NCBI GenBank assembly: GCA_037129835.1
Contig: JBAXUE010000002.1
Coordinates: forward strand, 2,334 to 66,333
DNA from: a bacterium
GTDB lineage: Bacteria; Patescibacteriota; CPR2; UBA1875; CAIMLA01
DNA length: 64,000 nt
Reading direction: 5' to 3'
Part shown: positions 43,048-51,322 of the stretch, in pieces
Layout: each line of letters starts with the position of its first letter
Position numbering within the stretch: position 1 is the first letter of the stretch
Position numbers and translations under genes: made by a program
The notes under the pieces: generated by a model
The model's database searches: none
What the model saw: the letters and a program-made list of their open reading frames with translations, nothing else
What the model was told of the DNA's origin: nothing

Positions 43048-43521
43048 ATGCATAGACACAGTTATACTAATCGAAAATTATCCAGAAAAGTGGGACCAAG
43101 AAAGGCGTTATTGCGCTCACTTGTAACTTCTTTAGTTCTCTATGAAAAAATAAGAACCACTACACCAAAAGCTAAAGAGATTCGTCCAATTATTGAAAAG
43201 CTTATTACTACAGCCAAAAAAGGCGACCTCACAGCTATCAGAAAGCTTAATACCTATATCTACGGCGATAATGCTGTTAAGAAGTTAGTGACCGAGATCG
43301 CACCTATTTATAAAGATAGGAATGGCGGATACACTCGAATAGTAAGTGTGGGTCCTAGGACTGGCGACAATGCTCCAATGTCCATTATCGAACTTGTAGA
43401 TATTGATAAGCTAGATAAGAAAATTATTGAGAAAGAAGCTAAAACCGTTGATACTACCAATACCAAGAAGGCAGCAACAAAAGCACCGGTGAAGAAAATT
43501 GCCAAAAAGGAATCAAAATAA
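43048..43521 (+). CDS. rplQ: 50S ribosomal protein L17
   Basis: IRTTTPKAKE, RNGGYTRI, GDNAPM. Confidence 0.98.
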   Translation: MHRHSYTNRKLSRKVGPRKALLRSLVTSLVLYEKIRTTTPKAKEIRPIIEKLITTAKKGDLTAIRKLNTYIYGDNAVKKLVTEIAPIYKDRNGGYTRIVSVGPRTGDNAPMSIIELVDIDKLDKKIIEKEAKTVDTTNTKKAATKAPVKKIAKKESK

Positions 43522-43952
43522 TGAAAACATCTGTAACAAAAAAAGCTGATATTGAGAGAAAATGGTATCTAATCGACGCTGACGGCGCCACTCTTGGAAG
43601 AATGGCGACTGTTATTGCTGACTTATTAAGAGGCAAGAAAAAAGCATGTTTTTCGCCAGCCGTAGATTGCGGTGATTATGTTGTCGTTATAAACACTGGT
43701 AAGATTGTGGTCACTGGTAATAAGCTTGTAGACAAAAAGTATTATCGTCATAGTGGATATCCTGGTGGTCTTACTGAGATTTCTTTAGAACAGCTTCTTG
43801 AGAAAGATTCAAATAAAGTTATATTTCAGGCTGTAAAGGGGATGTTACCAAAGAATAAGCTTTCGGATGAAAGTATTGGTAAATTAAAGTTATTTAAGGG
43901 AACAGAGCATGAACATACAGCTCAAAAGCCTGTAATAGTTAAAGTAAAGTAG
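43521..43952 (+). CDS. rplM: 50S ribosomal protein L13
   Basis: WYLIDA, DCGDYVVVIN, HSGYPGG. Confidence 0.98.
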   Translation: MKTSVTKKADIERKWYLIDADGATLGRMATVIADLLRGKKKACFSPAVDCGDYVVVINTGKIVVTGNKLVDKKYYRHSGYPGGLTEISLEQLLEKDSNKVIFQAVKGMLPKNKLSDESIGKLKLFKGTEHEHTAQKPVIVKVK

Positions 43953-43964
43953 CGGGAGAGTATA

Positions 43965-44369
43965 GTGTCTGAAAAAACAACTTTAAAATATACTTACGGT
44001 CTAGGCCGACGTAAAGAAGCAACCGCAAAGGTTCGTCTTTTTGCAAACAAAGAAGTCTCGATGGTTAACGGTAAAACTGTGGAAGACTATTTTGGCGATA
44101 TAAATTTAGTGAGAGATGTTTTTTCCCCTTTTAAACTTATTGGAAGCATGGAAAAGCTATCATTTACTGCAATGGTTGATGGTGGTGGAAAATCTTCTCA
44201 GGCCGAGGCCATTAGATTGGGCATTTCACGCGCTTTAGTTGAAATAGATGAAGACAACAAGCTTACACTTCGCAAGTCAGGGTTTTTAACTCGTGATCCT
44301 AGAGAAAAGGAACGAAAGAAACCAGGATTAAAGAAGGCACGCAAGGCGCCACAGTTTAGTAAGCGTTAA
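43965..44369 (+). CDS. rpsI: 30S ribosomal protein S9
   Basis: GRRKEA, ERKKPGLKKARKAPQFSKR. Confidence 0.98.
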   Translation: MSEKTTLKYTYGLGRRKEATAKVRLFANKEVSMVNGKTVEDYFGDINLVRDVFSPFKLIGSMEKLSFTAMVDGGGKSSQAEAIRLGISRALVEIDEDNKLTLRKSGFLTRDPREKERKKPGLKKARKAPQFSKR

Positions 44370-44390
44370 TTATATTCTAAGTGTATTTAT

Positions 44391-44424
44391 ATAAGTGCTG
44401 GAATTTTTACCAGCACTTATTTAT
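44391..44424 (+). terminator. Terminator after rpsI
   Basis: ATAAGTGCTGG...CCAGCACTTAT then a T-rich tract. Confidence 0.7.
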
Positions 44425-44467
44425 TTATTAGTAAGCTTGTGCTAAGATAGTATCAGTCGGAGGGAAT

Positions 44468-45460
44468 TTGAACGATAATAATATTACAAAAAAACTGATT
44501 ATTCTTTCAGTATTAATGATTATCCTTGGGACTGTATGCTATATGTACTTTGGCCATCTTGATCCATGGCTGGCTTTTTATACTACAGTTATTTTTTCTT
44601 TAAGCCACGTTAAACACGGACAAGAATACGATTTATGGGAACAAATATTATCAATAATATTAATATTAGGAAGCTATGTAGCCGTTGCCTATATACTTAG
44701 ATGGGCAGCTGACTACTTTATGGGTGGTCAATTTAAAGAGAGTAGGAGAAAGGGAAAAATAATGGCTAATATAAAGAAAATGGAAAAACACTATATTGTC
44801 TGCGGCTATGGAAGGGTTGGGACTCAAGTAGCAGATGAGCTTGCGCATGACTCTGCTGACTTTGTAATCATAGACAGAGATCAAAATGAGATCAAGAAAG
44901 CCATAGAGAAGGGTTATAACGCTTTATGTTGTGATCCGACTCAAGAAGAGAGTTTGCTAAAAGGGAATATAACAGCAGCAAAGGCCCTTATTACTTGCCT
45001 TGGCCAAGATACAGACAACCTTTTTGTTACTTTAACCGCTCGCTCACTAAACCCGGATTTGTATATTGTTGCGAGAGCGAACTATGAAGAGAATATTCCT
45101 AAATTCGAAAAAGGTGGGGCTAACAGGGTGGCTACTCCATACCAAATAGGTGGATACCATATGGCCACGATGGCGCTACGGCCTGGTGTTCTTGATTTCC
45201 TTGACGTCATTGTTGACTCTAGGCACGACGAGCTTGAAGTAGAAGAGATAGAGATACCCAGAACTTCTTTCTTGGTTGGGAAAACTATTGCTGGAGCCAT
45301 ATCAAGAGATAAAACAGGGGTGACTATTTTAGCTATTAATCATAAAGACAATACCACTAGAATAAATCCACTTGGTGACGAAGTTTTACATCAAGGAGAT
45401 AAATTAATAGTTATGGGCAACAGGAGCCAGCTTAATTCTGTTCTTGATTTAATAACATAA
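44468..45460 (+). CDS. 2-TM K+ channel-like protein with RCK (TrkA-N/TrkA-C) domains and an atypical pore loop
   Basis: TM-pore-TM region, then HYIVCGYGRVG Rossmann motif, NLFVTLTARSLNP, TrkA-C. Confidence 0.85.
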   Translation: MNDNNITKKLIILSVLMIILGTVCYMYFGHLDPWLAFYTTVIFSLSHVKHGQEYDLWEQILSIILILGSYVAVAYILRWAADYFMGGQFKESRRKGKIMANIKKMEKHYIVCGYGRVGTQVADELAHDSADFVIIDRDQNEIKKAIEKGYNALCCDPTQEESLLKGNITAAKALITCLGQDTDNLFVTLTARSLNPDLYIVARANYEENIPKFEKGGANRVATPYQIGGYHMATMALRPGVLDFLDVIVDSRHDELEVEEIEIPRTSFLVGKTIAGAISRDKTGVTILAINHKDNTTRINPLGDEVLHQGDKLIVMGNRSQLNSVLDLIT

Positions 45461-46342
45461 TTGAATAAATATATTATGCAAAAATTAAAAGTTGAAAAAA
45501 ATATTTCAAAAGCTAGACTTGATATATATTTGCAAAAAAAACTCAATATTTCTCGCAGTCAAATACAAAAAAACATTACTGGTGGCTTGATTATTGTAGA
45601 TGGTGATAAGGTAAAACCCTCATATGTTCTAATGGGTGGAGAAATAATCACTATCAAAGAGTCGGAAAAGAATAAATATCGTACAGAGATACCTACAATA
45701 ATCTATCAGGATAATGATATCTTGGTAATTGATAAACCTTCCGGTATCACAGTTCATGAGGCACCAGGCGAAAAAGAAGTAACCATAAATGAAATTTTTA
45801 AGGATAGTTACTCTGGTGATAATACTGTGCGCGGTATGATCGTCCATCGTTTGGATAAGGGTACATCGGGAGTGATGATTCTAGCAAAGAATAAATTAGC
45901 AGCCGAAAACCTTAAAAAAGAATTTGCTAGTAGGCGAGTTGAAAAGGAATACATCGCTCTTGTTAATGGTTTTCCAGAGGGTGGAACTATTAATATACCA
46001 CTAGGCAGGAATGGTCAAACGAGCGGTAGGATTATTGCCTTAAACGAAGGCAGACCATCTCGAACAGATTTTACGATAATTGAAAAATATGTAGGTTATT
46101 CCTTGGTACTTGCAAAACCTAAGACAGGCAGGACTCATCAGATCCGGGTCCACTTTTCTGCTATCGGACATCCAGTTTATGGTGACAAAAAATACGGTTT
46201 TCCAAAAGAAAATAGTGACAGAATCTTTTTACACGCTAGTAATATTCGTTTTATTCACCCCATTACTGGCAAAAAGGTTAAGTTTAACTCGAAAATGCCA
46301 GTAGCACTTCAGGCAGTTATAGATACTCTTGTGATTGAGTAA
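45461..46342 (+). CDS. RluA/RluD-family 23S rRNA pseudouridine synthase
   Basis: S4 domain RLD, DKPSGITVH, HRLDKGTSG, TGRTHQIRVH; start may be ATG 45476. Confidence 0.95.
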   Translation: MNKYIMQKLKVEKNISKARLDIYLQKKLNISRSQIQKNITGGLIIVDGDKVKPSYVLMGGEIITIKESEKNKYRTEIPTIIYQDNDILVIDKPSGITVHEAPGEKEVTINEIFKDSYSGDNTVRGMIVHRLDKGTSGVMILAKNKLAAENLKKEFASRRVEKEYIALVNGFPEGGTINIPLGRNGQTSGRIIALNEGRPSRTDFTIIEKYVGYSLVLAKPKTGRTHQIRVHFSAIGHPVYGDKKYGFPKENSDRIFLHASNIRFIHPITGKKVKFNSKMPVALQAVIDTLVIE

Positions 46343-46371
46343 AACACAGTTCAAATGTATAATGTAACAGT

Positions 46372-47280
46372 ATGAAAAATTTGATTGGGAACAAAAATAC
46401 ATTAGCCAAACTAACAGATTCTGCAAGAAGTGGCTCACTCGGGCATGCTTATTTATTTGCAGGACCAGAAAACATTGGTAAAACAACTTTAGCCGAGCAG
46501 CTCGCTAAGATTATTTTGTGTTCATCTTCGAGTCAGGGCGAGTGCGAATGTCAAAATTGTAAACTTGTAAATATTTTGCAGCATCCAGACTTACATATTT
46601 TTGATGGCTATGACGCTAATATTGAAGAAATTCGCGAGCTGAGTCAGTCTTTAGAGTTAAAGCCATATCAATCAAAAAGCCGGGTTGCTATCGTATCTCA
46701 TATAGACAGATTGTCTGTGCAGGCTCTAAATTCATTTCTAAAGACTCTGGAGGAACCAAACGATAACACAGTAATTATTCTGACGGCAGAAAATAAATCA
46801 AATGTTCTTAGTACAATATTATCAAGAGTAAGAACCGTGGACTTATATCCAGCCACGGCAAAAGAAGTTTTTGAATTCTTAAATCTTGAGTCTGGGGTAA
46901 AAAAGGATTTAGCTAATGAAATTTCTAAAATCTGCGGTGGCAGGGTTGGTTTAGCCTTATATTACAATGAAAATCCAGAAAAAGTGGCGGCGGCCTATAA
47001 GGATTCTGAAGAATTTTACCGTAGATATATATCAAAAAATATTTCTGATCAAATCATTTTTGGCGATACGTTAGCAGCTAAAAAAGAACAAATAGAAGAA
47101 AAACTGAATTATTATATTAACTTTTTATATGCTAAAATGAACGAATCGCGCGATTACCCAAAAGGAATAGAGAATATTATCAGTCTTCTAGATGGAATAG
47201 CGAGAGCGAAAATATTACTAAGAAAGAATGTTAATACAAAAATAGTGTTGGAATCATTAATGCTTGGGAGTTTAAAATGA
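46372..47280 (+). CDS. holB: DNA polymerase III delta' subunit
   Basis: HAYLFAGPENIGKT, Zn-binding Cys, HPDL, NSFLKTLEEP, TILSR. Confidence 0.92.
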   Translation: MKNLIGNKNTLAKLTDSARSGSLGHAYLFAGPENIGKTTLAEQLAKIILCSSSSQGECECQNCKLVNILQHPDLHIFDGYDANIEEIRELSQSLELKPYQSKSRVAIVSHIDRLSVQALNSFLKTLEEPNDNTVIILTAENKSNVLSTILSRVRTVDLYPATAKEVFEFLNLESGVKKDLANEISKICGGRVGLALYYNENPEKVAAAYKDSEEFYRRYISKNISDQIIFGDTLAAKKEQIEEKLNYYINFLYAKMNESRDYPKGIENIISLLDGIARAKILLRKNVNTKIVLESLMLGSLK

Positions 47281-47927
47281 ATGTTGTCGGAATAAAATTT
47301 AATTCAGCGGTGAAGATATATGATTTTCTTCCTGGAACTACTAAACCAGAAATAAATAATTGGGTTCTTGTAGATACCACTCAGGGAAAAGAGATGGGTC
47401 GCGTTGTTTATATTAACAAGGAAGTTCAGGATAATACTGAAGGTGAATTTAAAGAGATTATTAAAATAGCCGATGAAAAAGATATTGATAGATATAATAG
47501 AATGATAGCAGAAGGTGAGGTACATTTTCCTCGCTACCAAGAGTGTGTAAAAGAAATGGCTTTGGATATGAAACCAGTTAAGACAGAGGTCTCCTTTGAT
47601 GGAGAAAGAGTTGTTTGCTATTTTACCGCCGAGAATAGAGTCGACTTCCGTGAACTTATTCGTGAGTTATCACGTGATTTTAAGAAAAGTATTATCATGA
47701 GACAAATCGGACCCAGAGATGAGGCAAAACTTCTCGATGGTTATGGGATTTGCGGCCAGCGAGTTTGTTGTAAAAGATTTTTAACAAAAACAGAAAGCAT
47801 TACAATGGACATGGCGAGAGAACAATTTGAAAATAATATCAATGCGAATAAAGTGACGGGTCTTTGTGGCAGGCTTATGTGTTGTTTGGCTTTTGAAGTC
47901 GACCCCTCAAAGACTAAAAGGAAATAG
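47277..47927 (+). CDS. PSP1/RicT (YaaT)-family protein
   Basis: YFTAENRVDFRELI, RQIGPRDEA, GICGQRVCC, GLCGRLMCCL; holB-yaaT synteny. Confidence 0.92.
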   Translation: MNVVGIKFNSAVKIYDFLPGTTKPEINNWVLVDTTQGKEMGRVVYINKEVQDNTEGEFKEIIKIADEKDIDRYNRMIAEGEVHFPRYQECVKEMALDMKPVKTEVSFDGERVVCYFTAENRVDFRELIRELSRDFKKSIIMRQIGPRDEAKLLDGYGICGQRVCCKRFLTKTESITMDMAREQFENNINANKVTGLCGRLMCCLAFEVDPSKTKRK

Positions 47928-47929
47928 AT

Positions 47930-48661
47930 ATGTGGTCTTTTGTATTTATAGTCATAGTAGCCCTAGTAGTATTATATTTTTCGGCTAAATCCAAGAATAA
48001 CGATACCGAAATTATTATTGGCCAAAAAAAGGAAGTTAAAAAAATAGGGGACCGGATACAGGAAGTTCTTGACATAGAGGAAACAGAGAAGAAGACCGAA
48101 AAAGAGCATAGAGGTATTATCTCTGAGGCAAATAAGCTAGTTCGTGGCAAAAGATTAAAACAGGCAGAAAAAAAGTATCTTTCAATATTAATTAAAGATC
48201 ATAAGAATTCAAAAGCCTATCTTGGTCTTGGTAATATATATCTAGAACAAGAAGAATATTCTGGGGCGGCAGAGGCTTTTAAAAAAGTGACGGAACTTGA
48301 GCCGACAAATGATATTGCCTTTAATAATTTGGGAATGGCATTAATGAAAACAAAGAATTATCTAGAAGCAGTTACGGCCTACGAGCATGCAGTCGCTTTG
48401 GGTTCAAAGCTTTCTCATAGATATATAAACCTTGCTTTGGCAGCGGAAAAGGCAGGGGAGACAAAAAAGCAAATTAGTGCCCTTGAGCACGCCGTATCTC
48501 TTGAGCCAGACAAAACAGAATATTTGGTGGCTCTCTCTAATGTGGCTATATCTGCAGATGATAATTCAGCAGCTAAGAAAGCGCTAGAAAAACTTGTAGA
48601 AATTGAGCCGGGTAATCTGGATGCACAACGAAAGCTAGCTAGACTCCAGGGTGACAGTTAG
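47930..48661 (+). CDS. Membrane-anchored tetratricopeptide repeat protein
   Basis: N-terminal TM; TPR units AYLGLGNIY, AFNNLGMAL, YINLALA. Confidence 0.85.
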   Translation: MWSFVFIVIVALVVLYFSAKSKNNDTEIIIGQKKEVKKIGDRIQEVLDIEETEKKTEKEHRGIISEANKLVRGKRLKQAEKKYLSILIKDHKNSKAYLGLGNIYLEQEEYSGAAEAFKKVTELEPTNDIAFNNLGMALMKTKNYLEAVTAYEHAVALGSKLSHRYINLALAAEKAGETKKQISALEHAVSLEPDKTEYLVALSNVAISADDNSAAKKALEKLVEIEPGNLDAQRKLARLQGDS

Positions 48662-48666
48662 TTTCA

Positions 48667-48695
48667 TTGACTTTTGGCCTTTATTTTACTATAAT
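48667..48695 (+). promoter_or_regulatory. tRNA operon promoter
   Basis: TTGACT-17 nt-TATAAT. Confidence 0.75.
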
Positions 48696-48736
48696 ATTCT
48701 AGTTTATTGGCTCGCAGTTAGGCTCTTTTTTTATTA

Positions 48737-48811
48737 GCCGCCTTAGCTCAGTGGTAGAGCAACTGTTTTGTAAACAGTCGGTCGTCGGTTCAAGTCCGAC
48801 AGGCGGCTCCA
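48737..48811 (+). tRNA. tRNA-Thr(TGT)
   Basis: GCCGCCT/AGGCGGC acceptor, ACTGT-TTTGTAA-ACAGT, GGTTCAAGTCC, CCA. Confidence 0.97.
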
Positions 48812-48910
48812 CGTCGCAATTCGTTATCTGGTTTCGCGGATAAACTAAAGTTTACCGCTTCACCATTTTACGATTGCTCCTTTCCGAGAAAAATCTACAA
48901 TTTTCCTCGG
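48812..48910 (+). repeat. tRNA-adjacent two-hairpin element, copy 2
   Basis: CGTC after the CCA; 99 nt; ends with hairpin CCGAG...CTCGG. Confidence 0.85.
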
Positions 48911-48931
48911 CACCTAGGGATTACAACTTGA

Positions 48932-49017
48932 GGGGAGTTACCGAAGCGGTCAAACGGAGCAGACTGTAAATCTGTTGGCATACGCCTTCGGGGGTTCGAA
49001 TCCCTCACTCCCCACCA
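48932..49017 (+). tRNA. tRNA-Tyr(GTA)
   Basis: GGGGAGT/ACTCCCC acceptor, GCAGA-CTGTAAA-TCTGT, long variable arm, CCA. Confidence 0.97.
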
Positions 49018-49020
49018 TTA

Positions 49021-49100
49021 TTCGCTAAAGCTACGAATGGCAAGCCAAGAGTAGATTTTGCGAATAATTTCCGTCCGAAGCTATAAGTGCGAAGGAGGAC
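49021..49100. repeat. Inverted pair of CGCTAAAGCTACG-type short repeats after tRNA-Tyr
   Basis: TTCGCTAAAGCTACGAATGGCAAG, then TCCGTCCGAAGCTATAAGTGCGAAGGAGGAC (a reverse copy). Confidence 0.6.
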
Positions 49101-49134
49101 CGAAACAAAATAACATTAAAATGTGCGCCCACGC

Positions 49135-49210
49135 GCCCACCTAGCTCAGTCGGTAGAGCGCATCCATGGTAAGGATGAGGTCATCGGTTCAATCCCGATG
49201 GTGGGCTCCA
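49135..49210 (+). tRNA. tRNA-Thr(GGT)
   Basis: GCCCACC/GGTGGGC acceptor, CATCC-ATGGTAA-GGATG, GGTTCAATCCC, CCA. Confidence 0.97.
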
Positions 49211-49309
49211 CGTCATAATGCATTAGCTGGTTACGCGGATTAGCTGGAACTAACCGCTTCACCATATCACGATTACTCTTTTCCGAGAAAAACTTACGTT
49301 TTTCCTCGG
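49211..49309 (+). repeat. tRNA-adjacent two-hairpin element, copy 3
   Basis: CGTC after the CCA; 99 nt; colinear with copy 2. Confidence 0.85.
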
Positions 49310-49343
49310 TCATGAGGGAATAAATATAAGAATAGGAGATAAA

Positions 49344-49514
49344 ATGGCATCAAAGAAAAAAGATATCCGTCCAGTGATCACCCTTGAGTGTACTGAGTGT
49401 AAGGAGCGTAATTATGCTACTACTAAAAACACTCGGAATACCACAGCCCGCGTAGAACTTAAAAAGTTCTGTAAACGTGAGCACATTCACACATTGCACC
49501 GCGAAACAAAATAA
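49344..49514 (+). CDS. rpmG: 50S ribosomal protein L33 (not in ORF track)
   Basis: [56 protein letters not shown]; AGGAG SD. Confidence 0.96.
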   Translation: MASKKKDIRPVITLECTECKERNYATTKNTRNTTARVELKKFCKREHIHTLHRETK

Positions 49515-49520
49515 ATGGTT

Positions 49521-49630
49521 TGTCATCCTTGTCATTCGACTCTGAGGTGAGAGACACCTCATCGCTCAGACTCGAAGAGCGGAAGCAAGGATCTCTTTCA
49601 CCAGAGATTCCTGCCTTCGCAGGAATGACA
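49521..49630. repeat. GTCAT...ATGAC palindromic element with an expanded first hairpin
   Basis: TGTCATCCTTG...CAAGGATCTC...GAGATTCCTGCCTTCGCAGGAATGACA. Confidence 0.8.
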
Positions 49631-49653
49631 GTATAGTTTCTTCACAGTGGGGT

Positions 49654-49742
49654 CCCCGAAATCTGCAGGATTTAAGGGGAAGAGGAAGAGTCGCGAAAAG
49701 TTATAGCAACAAAGTTGCGAATACTGACAGCGGACTCTGACG
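49654..49742 (-). repeat. tRNA-adjacent two-hairpin element, copy 4 (inverted, at the 5' end of tRNA-Trp)
   Basis: Reverse complement reads CGTC AGAGT C CGC...TTTC GCG ACTCT TCCTCTT CCCC...GGGG, colinear with copy 1. Confidence 0.7.
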
Positions 49743-49743
49743 A

Positions 49744-49817
49744 AGGGGCGTAGTTAAACGGTATAACGTAGGTCTCCAAAACCTTTGTTGAGGGTTCGAT
49801 TCCTTCCGCCCCTGCCA
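49744..49817 (+). tRNA. tRNA-Trp(CCA)
   Basis: AGGGGCG/CGCCCCT acceptor, anticodon loop CTCCAAA, GGTTCGATTCC, CCA. Confidence 0.96.
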
Positions 49818-49887
49818 GATTGAGCGCCAGTTAATACCACTGGCGACCGAGGTGCCTAGGTCACCACGGAATATAACCAAGACCAAC

Positions 49888-49927
49888 AAAAAATCTCTTA
49901 AATCTTTACGGTTTAGGGGATTTTTTT
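49888..49927. terminator. Bidirectional terminator between tRNA-Trp and the recombinase
   Basis: AAAAATCTCTTAAATC...GGTTTAGGGGATTTTTT. Confidence 0.65.
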
Positions 49928-51197
49928 AGATTTCGACTACTTTACGATCACGAACCGCTAGTTTGACGTTTAAGTTTCGAATTAATTGGGTCTTTTCGGA
50001 CTCAGAACCCTTTTCGAGCACATATTTGGCATAACCTTTGATTACCTCTGTTTTGGAATATTTTTTGTTGGGATTCATGGTTTCGAGCATGTTCTCGAAC
50101 TTTTTAATGGCTTTGGCCAGTCCTGGCTCAATCGATATCTTCTTAACCGTCAGTCTACTGGAAATGATTAGTAGCTGTTCCACTAGGTCCCTTTCGGTTA
50201 TATACGGCTCGTGGCATTCATCTTTGGCGTGTCTGACACAGTGATAGTAAACATGACGGTTTTTATCCCCATTTTTAAGTTTCTTGAACTTTTCTTCACC
50301 AACCATCATTGCACCGCAACTGTAGCAGGTCAAAAATCTCCGAAATGTAAATTCCCTGGAACCCCATTTAACTCTTTTAGGGGCTACGATCTGTTTTTGG
50401 GCTTCGTCAAACAGCTCTTTGGTCACTAATGGTTCATGGGAACCTTTATACCATTTCCCGCTACCGATCGGATATTCAAACATTCCATAGTAGAAAGGAT
50501 TCTTTAGCATTAAATATATTGAGCTTAGGTTCACAAGCTTTCCTTTTCTTGAAGTGGCTCCAATGATGTCTAACCAGACTTTGAGAGTGCGGCCACTCTC
50601 ACCTTTAGCCGCTCGTTTGAACATCTCTGTGACAAACGGTCCACGTTCGGGATCAATGACAATATCATGAACCCCGGCCATCACTCGATTGTAATAACCG
50701 ATTGGCGGCATACACGGTCTCCAGCCCATCTCACATTTAGCCCTGATGCCTCTTTTTACGCTCTCGCCTCTGTTGTCGTTTTCAAGCTTGGCTTGAGAGC
50801 AGAGAATCATCAGCATAAACTTCTCGCTCGGAGTGTTTGTAAAGCTTTGGGTGAAGGTTCTGATTTTAAGAAGTTTCTTATCGTCCATCAGATCCACTAG
50901 CGAACCCAAGTCGCCAGCATTTCTTGAAAGTCGGTCGGGTGCCCAGGTAAGTAGGCTATTTACCTCGCCGCTCCTTAAATCGGTCAGTAACTGCATAAAA
51001 ACTGGTCGTTGTCCCGATTGTTTGGCGGAATAGCTTTCCTGAAGAACTTTGACGACATTAATGCCTTCTTTGACTGCTAACTCCTTCATTTCTTTGATTT
51101 GAGAATCAATTGACATCGCTTGCCGCTCATCAGACTCGGATGATTTTCTGGCGTAAAGGCAGTACTTTAATTCGACTTTATCTGCTGTATTTTCCAT
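49926..51197 (-). CDS. Large serine recombinase (resolvase + recombinase DNA-binding + Zn-ribbon domains)
   Basis: YCLYARKSSES catalytic Ser, QRPVF, DRLSRN, PIGY, LKNPFYYG, HEPLV, CYSCG...YYHC...C. Confidence 0.93.
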   Translation of the reverse strand: MENTADKVELKYCLYARKSSESDERQAMSIDSQIKEMKELAVKEGINVVKVLQESYSAKQSGQRPVFMQLLTDLRSGEVNSLLTWAPDRLSRNAGDLGSLVDLMDDKKLLKIRTFTQSFTNTPSEKFMLMILCSQAKLENDNRGESVKRGIRAKCEMGWRPCMPPIGYYNRVMAGVHDIVIDPERGPFVTEMFKRAAKGESGRTLKVWLDIIGATSRKGKLVNLSSIYLMLKNPFYYGMFEYPIGSGKWYKGSHEPLVTKELFDEAQKQIVAPKRVKWGSREFTFRRFLTCYSCGAMMVGEEKFKKLKNGDKNRHVYYHCVRHAKDECHEPYITERDLVEQLLIISSRLTVKKISIEPGLAKAIKKFENMLETMNPNKKYSKTEVIKGYAKYVLEKGSESEKTQLIRNLNVKLAVRDRKVVEI

Positions 51198-51322
51198 CGG
51201 GGACGATGGTATCGCTGATTTGAGAGGAATGTAAGTAGAAAATTTGATTATCTTAGGTACAAAAGTGTTTATTTTCTAATCTTTTTGCTATATATTGAAG
51301 ATAGTTTAAAAAAGGAGCAAAT

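Noticed and set aside
49125-49140. GCGCCCAC tandem duplication at the 5' end of tRNA-Thr(GGT)
   Set aside because: Only 8 bp with nothing between the copies; insufficient for a target-site duplication or att call
48737-49817. Repeat-spacer appearance of the tRNA cluster as a CRISPR array
   Set aside because: Repeats are about 100 nt and divergent, spacers are tRNAs, and no cas genes are present
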